DNA of 64,000 bases from Felis catus (GCF_018350175.1 NC_058368.1:121336001-121400000); one strand, 5' to 3'; counted from the stretch's first letter, positions 37,439-50,431 are shown. Numbers and translations are program-made. Notes: generated by a model from the letters alone, not told the origin.

Positions 37439-37963
37439 CCACACTCTCCAATAGAAATATAATGCAAGCCACATACGCAATTTTACATTTCTTAGTAGCC
37501 ATGTTTTTAAAAAAGTAAAAACAAAAAATATGAAATTAATTTCAATGTATTTTTAAGTTTATTTATTTAGAGAGAGACAGCACGAGCAGAGGAGGGGCAG
37601 AGAGAGGGAGACAGAATCCCAAATAGGTTCCATGCTGTCAGGGCGGAGCCCTACCTGGAGCTTGATCTCACCAACTGCCAGATCATGACCTGAGCTGAAA
37701 CCCAGAGTCGGATGCTTAACTGACTGAGCCACCCAGGCGTCCCTTAATGTATTTTTAACACAATTTACCCAAAGCATTGTCTCAGCATGTAATTGATATC
37801 AAAGGAAATTATTACAGAGACATGTTATATTCTCTTTGTCATACTAAGTCTGTGAAATGGAAAGCATGTTCTACACTTTTACAGCACACCTCAGTTCAGA
37901 CCAGCAACCTTCCAAGTACTCTAGACACACGTGGTTAGTAGCTCAACTACTGCACAGGACAGC
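37439..37963 (+). mobile_element. MER33 (hAT-Charlie) DNA transposon split by a SINE
   Basis: ccaatagaaatataatgcaagccacata...tagtagccatg...catactaagtc...acagcacacctcagttcagacc...gtggttagtagct. Confidence 0.8.
37553..37743 (-). mobile_element. Can-SINE inside MER33
   Basis: TSD aatgtatttttaa on both sides. Confidence 0.9.
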
Positions 37964-38227
37964 TCTAAACAGGACCCAGGATAAGGAGAATGAGGGACAG
38001 AAGAACAAATACTACCTGCTCCTCCAAAGTGAAAATGCAGTACATTCCTTAAGCCCTTAGGAGCAAGGATCACGTCCTAGCCTGTTGGGTTTTTTTTTTT
38101 TTGGGGGGGGGGGGGTTTTGGAAGTTAAAGAAGGTGTTCCCACCTTATAACCAATCGAGCTGTAAACCTAATAGTGGGCAATTAGAAAACTTAATTGATG
38201 CTGCAAGTCTTAGGTGGCCTCTGAGTC

Positions 38228-38426
38228 TTTTTTTTTTTCCTTTTTTTAATTTATTTTGAGAGAAGGAGAGAACAGGGGAAGGGTAGAGAGAGAGGGAAGA
38301 GCTGGGAGAGAGACAATCCCAAGCAGACTCCATGTTGACACGGGCCCGATCTCAGAACAGTGAGATCATGGCCTGAGCCAAAATCAAGAGTTGGACGTTT
38401 AACTGACTGAACCACCCAGGCACCCC
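38228..38426 (-). mobile_element. Can-SINE
   Basis: Reverse-complement SINE head accacccaggcacccc and poly-T. Confidence 0.88.
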
Positions 38427-39005
38427 TGATGTGAAATTATGTCCAAATACATCAAGGAGAGAAAACAATGTGACGAAGTATCAGCTAACAATGAGACCCT
38501 ACCAGAGCCAGGCACATAGATGTCTCCTAAATAATCATTACAACTAAATGAATGAATTTTTCACGGTGAAAAGAGATGGACAAAACGACCACAAACTAGA
38601 GAAGACACTTATCACCTCATCCACACATCAAAAAGTGGCAGTAATTCTCCAGACAAATCAGCTTCAAATTTCACCCTGGAATCTGAAAATCTTTATAATA
38701 CGGCCCAGTTTACTCACCTGTTTCCAGTTTTCTTCTCATTCCTCTCAGATAAAGATTCCACTCCTGGCATTACCTCCAAGCCCTTATCCACACCTAGTTC
38801 TAAAAGTTAGGAATATGGCCCTGCTCTGCTTCAACTGTTACTCCAATCTTAAACATTATGTTCTGCCTCATCTCTGGAGTCTTACTGGACTCTGGTCCAT
38901 ATAAACTTCTCTCCACTCTTCCCTGATAGCCCTGACAACACAGGCTCTGGTCAAATACATTCCTGTTTTGCACGCATGTGTTCTTTGTTTAGTAAGTGCG
39001 TTGCA

Positions 39006-39223
39006 GGGCACCTGGGTGGCTCAGTCGGTTCAGCGTCCAACTTCAGCTCAGGTCATGATCTCGGGGTCTGTGGGTTTGAGCCCCACGTCGGGCTCTGTGC
39101 TGACAGCTCGGAGCCTGGAGCCTGCTTTGGATTCTGTGTCTCCCACTCTCTGCCCCTCCTCTACTCTCTCTTGGTCTCTCTCTCAAAAATAAACAAACAT
39201 TAAAAAAACAAACAAACAAAATA
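39006..39223 (+). mobile_element. Can-SINE
   Basis: TSD-like taagtg(c/t)gttgcag on both sides. Confidence 0.92.
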
Positions 39224-39499
39224 AGTGTGTTGCAGTGGACTGACCATATGGAAGCCAGGGCCCCAGTTGAGCTCTGCCACTGGTGCAAAGATCTTCAGCA
39301 GGTCACTTTTCATTCCTGTTGCTTCATGGGGACTCTGCCTATTCCCTCAGCACAGCAGCTACATGCCCCTGCCTCAGAGCCTTTATACCTGCTGTAACTT
39401 CTGCCTAAAATGCCTTTTTGCCTGGATTGTAGGCTAACAAAACTATGCATTTACCCTTGGACTTACAAGCTCACTTCTAGAAGTTTACTCTTAAACAGA

Positions 39500-39684
39500 C
39501 ATTTTTTTAAGTTCATTTCTTTATTTTGAGGGGGGGAGGGCAGAGAGAGAGGGAGAAAGAGAATCGCAAGCAGGCTCTGTGCTGTCAACATAGAGCCCAA
39601 CATGGGGCTAGTTCTCATGAACCTTGAGATCATGACCTGAGCCAAAATCAAGAGTCAGAGGCTAACAAGCCACCCAGGAGCCCC
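39500..39684 (-). mobile_element. Can-SINE
   Basis: Reverse SINE; degenerate TSD ctagaa...tactcttaa. Confidence 0.87.
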
Positions 39685-39716
39685 TAGAAAGCTACTCTTA
39701 AGATATCCCTCCATAA

Positions 39717-39830
39717 GGGCACCTGGCTGGCTCAGTCGGTGAAGCGTGCAACTCTTGATCTCAGGGTTGAGTTTGAGCCTCACGTTGGGTGAAGAGATTA
39801 CTTAAAAATAAAATCTTAAAAAAAAAAAAA
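39717..39830 (+). mobile_element. Short older Can-SINE (lacks CT tract)
   Basis: gggcacctggctggctcagtcgg...gagattacttaaaaataaaatcttaaaa. Confidence 0.87.
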
Positions 39831-40170
39831 GATAGGCCTCCACAAATATAAAACTATGTATTCTCAAAGTTACTCACTATATAATTCTATACAAAGTCTA
39901 TAAAATAGCAAAAGCTTAGAAACAATCTAAACGCCCAACCATAGATTAGTTGAATAAATTGTGGTACACCTTTACAATAGTATGACACAAGGTCAGGGGG
40001 AGACAGAGGCGGGGAGAGAGGAAAGGGAGGAGGAGAAGGAAAGAAAAAGATCGCTATGAACTGAAGTGAAAAACTATCCAAGCTATGTTAACTTAAAAAT
40101 GCAAGGTGTAAAATACTTATATATAACATGCTGCTTTTGCATGAGAAAAGAGAAAATAAAGTACATATAT

Positions 40171-40455
40171 GGAGAGGACAAACTGGTGGTTGCCGGAGGG
40201 AAAAGGATTGGGGGGGTGGGCAAAGTGGATGGAGGGGAGTGGGAGGTGCAGGCTTCCAGTTATGGAATGAATGCATTATGGGAGTGAAAGGCACAGCATA
40301 GGGAAGACAGTCAGTGGGACTGTAACAGTGTTGTACGGTCAGGGACAGTAGCTACATTTGTGAGCAGAGCCTAACACAAAGACTTGCTGAATCACTCTAT
40401 TATACACCTAAAACTAGTGTAACATTGTGTGTCGACTCTACCACAGTTTTTAAAA
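40171..40455 (+). mobile_element. L1 3' end fragment (L1MA/carnivore type)
   Basis: aactggtggttgcc...ggcttccagttatggaatgaat...acacctaaaactagtgtaacattgtgtgtc; TSD aaagtacatata. Confidence 0.8.
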
Positions 40456-40856
40456 AGTACATATAAACACGTGCTTATTTTTGGAAAAAGAAACACAGGA
40501 AAGACAATGCAGAAACTAATGAGAATGGTTAGCTGGGAATATGGTTCAACCAGAGTAAAAATTCTCTAAGTGGATCAAGTTTTGACTTTTTGAAACTTCT
40601 GTTTTACTTACTCAAAAAAACCTGACCTCTACTTAGTAGATGTGTTGTCAACAGTGGTTATTGGACTGGTAATTCTGAAATGAGTAAATGTATTGAGATT
40701 ACAGCATATATGAACAGAAAGAGTCCATCAGTACATAGTGATTTGAAAAGAATGATGAAAGAAAAAAATTGAGAGCAAAAGGGAAGACTCTTCTTTACAG
40801 AAGAACAATATCTAATAAATGTAAAAGAAATGGTAAAATTAAGTACTCACCTTACT

Positions 40857-41061
40857 GGGGCGCCTGGGTGGCACAGTTGGTTAAGCGTCTGACTCTTCAT
40901 TTCAGCTCAGGTCATGATCTCAAGATCGAGCCCAGCGTCAGGCTCTGCACTGAGAGTACACAGCCTGCTTGGGATTCTTTCTCTCTCTCTGCCCCTCCCC
41001 TGTTTGTATTCTCTCTCCCTCTCTCTCCTTGTCAAAATAAGTAAACATTAAACAAAAAAAA
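40857..41061 (+). mobile_element. Can-SINE
   Basis: Consensus-like head and tail. Confidence 0.9.
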
Positions 41062-42065
41062 GAATCAACTTATTACAACTACCAATGTAATAATAAATGG
41101 CAGAAAACATGACCAATGAATGCTACTATTCCATGCAAGCTTGCAGGTAAACAGGATATTCGTGTAAGTCTCAAAATATCACCTTACTCATTATAAAAAG
41201 GAAAAGGTATCTTTTCAATGGAGAAACCTGAAAACACCACTTTAACCAGTAATGGAAACACACCAATGTATCAATATAGCCATCCTGATGTGATACAATG
41301 GGAAATGTCACCCATGTAGTCGGTCTTGCCAAAAATTTTAAATCTGAATCTAATAATGAGAAAATAGTCAAATCCAGATTGTGAGACAAAGTACTGATAA
41401 CTGCCACAGTCTTCAAATATGCTAGTCATGAAAGACCAAAGAAGAAAAGCTGAGAAATTTTCTTAGTTTGAAGGAGGTCAAGAGACATGATCACAAAATG
41501 TAATGCTTGATCTTTAATTAGATCCTAAGAGTTTTAAAAAAAATTATTAATAAGTTATCAGGAAATTTTATTACTTCATTTTTATTAAGAAAGCTTATTA
41601 CCTAAAATTATTGCATCACGTTAAATTTCTTGAGCAAAATATATCCATGTGTGTGTATATATAGTGATTATACAGGAGACTGTCTTAGTTCTTAGGAGTT
41701 ACGTGCTAAAGTATCGAAAAGTAAAGTGTCATGGTGTGTGCAACTTAGCGTCAAATGGTTCAGAATTTTTTAAAAGTATATTCTAAATGCAAAATGGTAT
41801 CCTGGGTTGGATCCTATAATAGCAAAATGATATCAGTCGAAAAACTGCTGAAATCCAAATAAAGCCTATAATGTAGTTAATAGTAAAATACCAATGCTAA
41901 TTATTCACCTCTGACAATAGAACCAAGGTTATTATATGAGATGTCTGTTAACATGAGAAGAAACTGACTGAAGCGTGTACAGGAACACTCTGTTTAATAG
42001 ATGTAACTTTTCTGTAAATCTAAAAGTATCCCAAAATAAAAGCTTTATATAAAAATGCATATTTA

Positions 42066-42512
42066 GGGATGCCTGGGTGGCTCAGTCGGTTAAGCATCTG
42101 ACTTTGGCTCAGGTCATGATCTCACGGTCTGTGAGTTCAAGCCCCACGTCAGGCTCTGTGCTGACAGCTTGGAGCCTGGAGCCTGCTTCTGATTCTGTGT
42201 CTCCCTCTCTGTGACCCTCCCCCATTCACGCTCTGTCTCTGTCTCAAAAATAAATAAACATTAAAAAAAATTTTTTTTAAATAAAAAATAAATAAATAAA
42301 AATGCGTAGAGGAGCACCTGGGTGGCTCAGTCGGTTAAGCATCTAGCTGCTGATTTTCCCTCGGGTCGTGGTCTCATGTCTCATGAGTTCAAGCCCTGCA
42401 CTGGGCTCAGTGCTGACAGAGTGGAGCCTGCTTGGGATTCTATTTCTATCTCTTTGCCCTTCCCCTGCTCATGCTCTCTGTCTCTCTCAAAATAAATAAA
42501 TAAACTTTAAAA
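42066..42512 (+). mobile_element. Two tandem Can-SINEs (42066-42300, 42311-42512)
   Basis: Two heads gggatgcctgggtgg and ggagcacctgggtgg, each with CT tract and A tail. Confidence 0.92.
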
Positions 42513-42799
42513 ACTGCATATGTAGAGAGAGAGAGAAAGCAAAGGTGGCAAAATGTTAGCAACTGGTAAATCTAGGTAACAGGTATATGGCTGCTTGTTG
42601 GTCAATCTTTCCACTTTTCTGTACGTTTAAAATTTGTCAAAATAAAATGTTAAAATAAAATAAAGCTACAGAAGGTTAAAAGGATGGAGAAAGATATTCC
42701 ACTGGAACACTAACCAAAAGGGAACTGATGTTATCATGATAATATCATAGCCTTTAGGCAAAAAACTTCTAAAACCAGAGGAACACTTCCTAAAAGTTT

Positions 42800-43005
42800 G
42801 GGGTGCTTGGGTGGCTCAGCTGGTTAAGCATGTGACTCTTGGTTTTGGTGCAGGTCATGATTTCACAGTTCATGAGATCAAGCCCCAGACTGGGGTCTGT
42901 GCTGGCAGCTGTCTCTTCACTCTCTGCCCCTCCCCCACTTGTACACGCGCTCTCTCGTGCTCTCTCTCCCTCTCTCTCAAAAAAATTAAACATTTTTTTA
43001 AAAAA
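42800..43005 (+). mobile_element. Can-SINE
   Basis: ggggtgcttgggtggctcag head. Confidence 0.88.
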
Positions 43006-44865
43006 GGAAAAAGGCCAATTTACCAGGAAGATAACAATTTAAATTGATACACACCTAATGACACAGCATCAAAATATATGAAATGAAAACTATGTGAACT
43101 GTAAGGAGAAAAATGTAAATCCATGATCTTGGTAGATTTTAGTACACCTCTCAAAAACAAAGCAAGAAAACTGTAGGATACACATTTGAACAGTTCAGTC
43201 TGCAACTATGACCTGAAGGACATATACAGAACTCTATAACTGCAGAATAGACACTGTTTGCAGGTTCACATAGAACATGTATAGAAACGATTGTACACTG
43301 AACGGGACGCAAGCTTGTCTTTACCCGAGAAGGCACTAGGTAGGCTTCTGAAGTGCCAGCGTTGTGCCATTCTTTGAGTGGTGATTATATAGGTTTTTGC
43401 TCTATTGGCAGATCGGTTTGCTGTTGCTAATATTTTTTGTGAATTTAACTTTTAATGCTTTTAATATTTTGTGTGTATATGAAATATTTCTTATCGTTAT
43501 TCAGTTTTTGTGTCTGGGCATATTTCACAACTTAAAAAGAATTAAAATCCTTTAGGAAGGTATCAATTTCCTATCAATGCCATTAGCCCAAAGCAACCTG
43601 TTTTTCCTTTGGCATTTCAACTAATTGCTGTTCCTTCAGTGAAGCACCAGGTGAAGCAATGGGCTTATGCTTAAAGGCTTCCTTGTACGAAACTTAGATA
43701 TCTTTAAACACAAGAAGCATGTTCAGCCCAGCAAGATGTTCATTCTAAGAGAGACCAAAGAAATGAACTTGCAGGAACAGAGGATCCATGAATCCCAACT
43801 CACACTTAATCCAAGGCAACACAAGTTCACAGGCTCATTTTATAAAATAGGCATAATCATGCACAATATTAAAATTATTTTCCTTCCTCATTTGCTTTTT
43901 GATTTTCTGCCAAGCACATATAGTTTAATTTGCCTATAACTTAAGTTAAACATAAGTGAGTTTGTATTTAGGCACCAGGAAAGATTACTTGAGGAATAAT
44001 TTCTTGGGGAATAATCAAGGTTGTGCAGATTGAGAGCAGCAAAAGAATCTAAAGGAGGACAAACAACATGATGGTGGCCTCACAGAAACCAATACTAAGG
44101 ACATGATTATAGCTGAGAGTAATCTTAAGCCAATATATCCTGGGGCTTTTTTTTAATTAATTATTAATAAGTAACACCTACTGAAGGCTTACCACTCGCC
44201 AGTTACTATGCTATATACAGGATTTTCTAACATTGTTTCATCTAAATATCTCACAATAAGACTAGAAAGTAGACACATTATTACTTCCATTTTACAGATG
44301 AGGAAACTGAGGCTGAGTAACTGGACAAGATCCCCAAGAAGCAAATGGAAAAACTGGAAAACTAACCTGGTTTATCTAGCTTGACAGTATGTAAGCTTAC
44401 CTGCCAGGCTATGCTGCCGGGCTTCAGCAGATAAATAATGACTTACACTTGATCTCTGAGGGATCTTTCAGTTCTAACACTCTATGACTTACTTCAATGA
44501 CTCTATGACACAGCATTCATTTTGGCCCAGTGATGTCAAAATGTTGCAAAATAAAGAAGTTCAGTAAAATCTCTTGACATCCTGAAGATTAGAATTCAGG
44601 TTTCTTAGGGTTATCAGAATTGGTCTCTGCACAAATTGAGCCCTTCAAGAAATGGAAATGTTTTTCTCCAATGTCATTCAATACCTAATATTTTTTCCTC
44701 ATATGACAAGGAACAGCACAGACAATATCATCAAGACATTCCAGTGAGAATAAAGGAATAAATCTGCAATACAGTGGGCATGATCTTTAAACACAATTGG
44801 ACTTGAGACAAATTTGATAAATGAAGATTTCTGGGGGAAAATCCTTCTTAAAATGCCTAAATTTC

Positions 44866-45000
44866 GGGGCACCTGCGTGGCTCAGTCAGTTAAACGTCTG
44901 ACTCTTGATATCAGCTCAGGTGTTGATCTCGGGGTTGTGAGGTCAAGCCCCACATTGGTTTCTGTGCTGGGCGTGGAGCCTACCTAAAAAAATAAATATT
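44866..45000 (+). mobile_element. Short older Can-SINE
   Basis: TSD aaaat(g/a)cctaaattt at 44850-44864 and 45001-45015. Confidence 0.87.
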
Positions 45001-45133
45001 AAAATACCTAAATTTAGTGTAGATGGTTACATAAACTGCTTCTAAACCATTGATATTAGCCTTGAAAAAAATATTATTGATGGTTAATCAAATATATTAA
45101 AGTTAAAAAAAATCCTTATAAATACAAGACCTA

Positions 45134-45139
45134 TTTATT
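45134..45139 (-). promoter_or_regulatory. Candidate distal LARS1 polyadenylation signal AATAAA
   Basis: tttatt on + strand; on the - strand it is followed by a T/GT-rich tract (ggtcttgtatttat...ttttttt). Confidence 0.45.
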
Positions 45140-45365
45140 CTTTATACAAAATACTTGGTGATCATAATTAAGTCAAAATATTCTCATGTGTTTTTTAAAT
45201 CATCATGAGTTCTGTTTTTTTTAAAACAGTAAAACAAGCTAATTCACTTTTCTCTTTACCGCTAACTCCATAATGGATATAATATGAAAAGTTGCTAGAT
45301 AAAGTACCCTTCATAAAAGAAACATACTGACACTTTTGTGTTAATCTGAAAGACTAGAAGTTTCT

Positions 45366-45575
45366 GGGGGCACCCGGGTGGTTCAGCTGCTTAAGTGTCT
45401 GACTCTTGGTCTCAGCGCAGGTCATGAGCTCACAGTTGGTGAGTCACACCAGGCTTTGCACTGAAAATGTGGATGGAGCCTGCTTGGGATTCTCTCTCTC
45501 CCTCTCTCGGCCCCTCTCCCAGTTGCTCTCTGTCTCTGTCTCTGTCTCTCAAAATAAATAAATAAACTTAAAAAA
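45366..45575 (+). mobile_element. Can-SINE downstream of the LARS1 stop (antisense to the gene)
   Basis: gggggcacccgggtggttcag head; TSD-like gaag(t/c)ttct. Confidence 0.88.
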
Positions 45576-45689
45576 GGAAGCTTCTAGGAAATAGCAGTAA
45601 TTTGTTAAAAGACCAAAAAATAAAAAAATAAAAAATAAAAAAATGATACAAACTACTTTTCTCAGAAGTCCCAAGGAGGAAAAAAATAA

Positions 45690-45695
45690 TTTATT
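45690..45695 (-). promoter_or_regulatory. Candidate proximal LARS1 polyadenylation signal AATAAA
   Basis: tttatt on + strand, about 165 nt after the stop codon. Confidence 0.5.
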
Positions 45696-45860
45696 AGGTC
45701 TAGGAACCCAAGATGACTTGGTGTAATTATGAATACATGCAGAATTTGATCATTAGAAATGAAGTCTATCAAGGTTCAGTCTTAGGTTCTCATAGCCAAT
45801 CTATAGACACAGAATAGTCATATCTCCAGAAACCAGGATATATCTCCAATTTGCATGAGT

Positions 45861-46066
45861 TTAATGAACCAAATAAACAATTGTATCACCAATATCTGCC
45901 CCTAGCCCATTTTCAGTGAGATGAATTTTCTTGCTCATGAGGTCCACGTGGAAAACAGCATGCTCAGAAATGGGGGTCTTCCCAGTGTGCTCTTTTCCCA
46001 GGACAGGAACTCGCCGAGGCCCCAAGAGTGGATCATCAAATCTCATCAGCTTCACTTTAGAAAGGT
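45861..46066 (-). CDS. LARS1: LARS1 terminal coding exon (CDS part)
   Basis: 206 nt, phase 1 matches the previous exon; (D)[67 protein letters not shown] then TAA; acceptor preceded by a poly-T tract. Confidence 0.97.
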
Positions 46067-47463
46067 CTACAGCAATAAAAAAAAAAAAAAAAAAAAAAAA
46101 AAAGATCAATTTGTGCATTTAATTACAGTCACTGACTCAAACCCATGCCTAAACCTGACAATTCATGTTTTAAACACATTGGTTGTTTACCTAAAAGATA
46201 TTTGCATGAGATTATTAAATAAGACTCCATCTCAGAAAGCCAAGCTAAATCTAACACATCTCCATCCTGTCAGCTTCTACTCAGATCAAAGATTCAGAGA
46301 TACAGAGATTCTACATAACACATCTCCTCGAACTATAAACCAAGAGGAAGGATGGAGCATATTTTTGAGCACTATCCTATACGGTTTCTCAAATCAGTTT
46401 TTATATGCTTCAATTAACCATTTTTCAAAACATCAATCAGTCCAAAACTTATTTCTCTTTCTTGTCTTGCTCCTGGGATACATTAAAACTGCAAGTGTTG
46501 TAGCTTTTTTGGAAAGATACTTTTAGAGGAAGAATTACCACTCTAAGAAATAGCATTACCAGTTTCTTGTTTTGCTCAAAGGATGAAAAGTGTTTGTATT
46601 ACCAAGCTGATGAGAGACAAGGAGAGACGGGGAAGGACAGGGGAAAGGGCACAGCTCTCAGAGGTTTGAGCTTCTGGATGAGCTCCAGCCCTACCCTGCT
46701 TGCGATTTTCCTGATCTGCTCTTATGCAAGCTGATAAGATGGCTCCTGGCAAAGAACGCACTTGTCCCTCGAACAAATTTATGATCCAAAAATCCTGCCA
46801 ACAACTGAGCCTGAAAAAAAATTTATTTCAGCAATTCTGAGATGTCCCAACATCAAATGCTTTTATTTTATATAGTGGGAAAACATCACAAATGACTACA
46901 AATGCTGATTGTGCATTTATATCTCATTCTAAGTGTAGCATGGCTAGTTACACTTAACCCGATCAACAGAAATAGAAGATATTTTCTGATTTACTTCCTA
47001 CCCCTCTCTAAAGCAGATTGCTAGGTGGTCTGAGAGCTACACTCTCTCATGTTGCCTTGAGAGTATGAAGCTTAGCATGAGAGGGATAAGAGATAAAAGC
47101 AGACATTAATGCAGCTGGTGGCTATGCCAGGAGTACAAGTTATCCAGGCATTATGTTTTCTTTGGGAGACAAAGACTGAAAGGCGGCAAGTTTAGCATAG
47201 GGAGAGTGAAGCTTACAGAACAATTACCTCAGACTACCACGAAGGCAAACCCTGCCTGCAAGTCCTATTTGGGGGAGAGAGTACAATTTATCTTAACAGC
47301 TATTACAATTCAACATGCACATTGCTACTAAATATTTTGCTACGGATGTGGTGAGAAGTTCTACCAGCAGGTTTTATGCATGAGGCATAAAATACATGAA
47401 ATACTGTAGGTCTGCACCCCCACCTCTCGCTCTCACTTTTTCCCTCTCCCCCGCCCTTCACTA

Positions 47464-47510
47464 TCCTCCTCCTCCTCCTCCTCCTCCTCCTCCTCCTCCT
47501 CCTCCTCCTC

Positions 47511-47552
<42 letters not shown>
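47464..47552. repeat. Compound (CCT)n(CT)n microsatellite
   Basis: about 17 CCT then about 19 CT units. Confidence 0.95.
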
Positions 47553-47555
<3 letters not shown>

Positions 47556-48834
47556 TCCTCTCTGAAACAGACCTCCCTTATCATTCCAAGCAATTCTGAA
47601 TCAAACTATTTCAAAGAAACCTTAATACTCAATCCGGCATCTAAGTGACAAAACATTATTTGCTTTGATGTTTCACCATGCAGCTCATTACTGCCAATAA
47701 TTCTTGGAGCGATTTTACTCTTTTCTTATCCCAGACCTCTCTCGTCACTGCAAATGTAGAAATGTAAGTCTGCAACTACACAAGAATTAAGGCACTTAGA
47801 GAAAAGATGAGAGTGATTGAAAGTCCCTAGGGACTGATAATGTGAAATGGAGCCTTTCACCTCCATGGTATCAGTTCATATGGGGCATGGGCTGGGAGTG
47901 ATTTAAAGTCATTATCCTCAAATAGTTGCTCAGTGGCCTTTGTGGACAGAAATGATGGTTTTACTCCAGTTCTTCCTGGACCTAGATTATAATCACCCTC
48001 AAAGCAATTGGCACTAATTGGACAACTTACCGGCTATGCAGCAAACAGAGTGAGAAATACATTATTGAATTTCACTCCCTTCCCATCTCATACACTCAAT
48101 ATACTCAGCTCCTTTGGGTATCAAAGCATCCTGAGGGCTCCTGGAAAAGTCTCAAGGTTAGAGCTCTTCTGCAGATACTTGAAGGAATATCCATTTCTAA
48201 CTCCACCCTAACGTTTCTATCCATTTTCGAAAATTCACAGCAGCTACAAACATCAAACTTAAAGTACTTTATGATAATATTATTCACAGACAGTATGACA
48301 AAGGATATAAGAATCATGCCAGAGGCCCAGCGAGAAGAAGCAAGATATAGAAAACACGTTTCAGCACAATGCTGAAGAAACTAGTCAGCCCTGTATCTGA
48401 GCATATTTTAAAGGGAGGCAATTTTAACATTACAAAACACAATGTTCAATAGAGGAATACATCCTCTCACACAGTACAACTTCAGAGTAATCCTATCGCG
48501 TGGGTCCCCACAGCTATTTTCTTTAAATGCCACCATATTATTCTTCAAAGGTAAGAGTTCTGCCTTTCCCCAAATCTTCTCGTGACTGAATATATGCAAC
48601 ACAAAACAGCCAAATGGAAGGCCACAGGAAGGCTCCCAAGACGTTAACATCGCACAGTTTTCAAGTTCTGCATTTTGTGGCCCGTGAGTTCTAAGGATGG
48701 CACTGCCTGGTTTACTGAGGGAATGTGATAAATGTCTGTAACAACATGAACGATCCCTGACATTTTGCTAAGAGAAATAAACCACCTCTTCACACCGTTG
48801 TAGGATCCCACAACCTCTCTCTAAGTAGAGAGAG

Positions 48835-49020
48835 GTAGAACGGGGAGTTCCTGTTTAACAGGTACAGGGTGTCAGTGTGGATGATGGAAAAGTTCTGGAG
48901 ATGAACAGTGTGACGGTTGCACAGCAATGTAAGTAAACTTGATGCCACTGAACTGTACGTTCAAAAAGCACAAAAACAGCCAATTTTATGTTATGGATAT
49001 TTCACCACAATTTTTTTAAA
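48835..49020 (+). mobile_element. L1MB-type 3' end fragment
   Basis: gatgatggaaaagttctggagatgaacagtgtgacggttgcacagcaatgt...gatgccactgaactgtac. Confidence 0.75.
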
Positions 49021-50431
49021 TGTTTACAAATGAAAACTCCCTAGCCCTAACACACTGCTGCTATACAGGCAGACATTAGTGTTTCCCTCCTGCTGGCATG
49101 CCCTTTCCCCTCGCCCTCTTCGATGTAACTTCCAAGGTCCCATCCAAACAGTGTTTTCTCTGTAAATTCATCCCTGATCACCAGAGCTGGAAATAATCTC
49201 ACTGCTTTCTTTGCTATAAACTTTATCTACACCTCCCTTTTGGTATGCAGCAGTTCGTCCTTAGGTTATGATCATGTATGTGAATAGCTTCGCACCCTGC
49301 TCCTTCACTAGACACAGCCGCCTAACGAGCAGCACTCTGTGGGCTCCCCAAAGCCCCAGGTACACACACACGAGCCGCCACATGTATACTGCATACACTC
49401 TACTCATAGTCTCTCAAGAAATGTCCACAGAAGAGGAACGAATGACCTCAAAAGAACAAAAAATACGTGTAGGATGAATTCCAAACAGCTATTTTAAGTC
49501 TTCTATGTAAATGTGATATGGCTGACCTGAATATCGTTCCATAAATTAGGTCACTGTCTTAGATTTCGAAATCTTTTCAGAAAATTTCTATACTGATAGA
49601 ATGTAACCCAATCAACTCTTGATTGCCATCAAGAAGAGAGAGTGAGAATGCAAAATAGGGAATCTGGAGATTAATTTGTCTTTATAATTTAGAAGAAAAA
49701 TAATGGAAAGACACACTAACTCCCTTCACACTGCTCCCCCTTAAACGTGGCTGAGTGATAGAAAAAGAAGCTGTAAATTATTATATTAAATCTAATCATA
49801 GAAGATCTAGACTTAATCTTGGTAAGAAATTAAGATTAATTACATATTTTAACTGGAAGCATATTGTTTAGAAGAAAGAATACAAGCGATGGAGTCAAAC
49901 AGACCTGAGTTTGGATTCCAACTCGAGGATACTACCTTAATGAAACTGCAAGTTATTTAGCCTTTCGGAACTCCATCTCATCATCTGCAAAAGGGGAATA
50001 ATAATACCCTCTACATTCTAGGGCAGTAAAAGGATTAAATGGCTAATACATGGAAGATGCTCAATAAGTTTCACTCTGTTTCTCTTCCTTCCCCAGGAAC
50101 AGACCTAGTAAGCAGGTTAATTTGAAATATTACGTGTATGTACACCTTCCGTCTGAAAACCTTTAAGAGAAGGAAATTGCTTGCTACAATTTTAAAGCTA
50201 GGCGGAGTCTTGGAAAACTATCTAATCCAACTGTCCTCTTTTTACTAAAAAAGAGGTCAATTTAGAGTTTAAGTGACATGGCCAAGTCACCAAGCTGCAT
50301 AGCCACAACATCCCAAAGAGAATAGAGGCTTCCTGATTGTGAGCCCAATACTCTTTGCATAACATGCCACTGCTGTCCCTCAACAGACCAGATGCTCCTT
50401 TCTCCCCTCTGCTTAGAACTCATCATGTCCA

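Noticed and set aside
45921..46526. 201-aa + strand ORF, the longest in the track
   Set aside because: Antisense to the LARS1 last exon, runs through the A27 tract (poly-Lys), and has no recognisable domain
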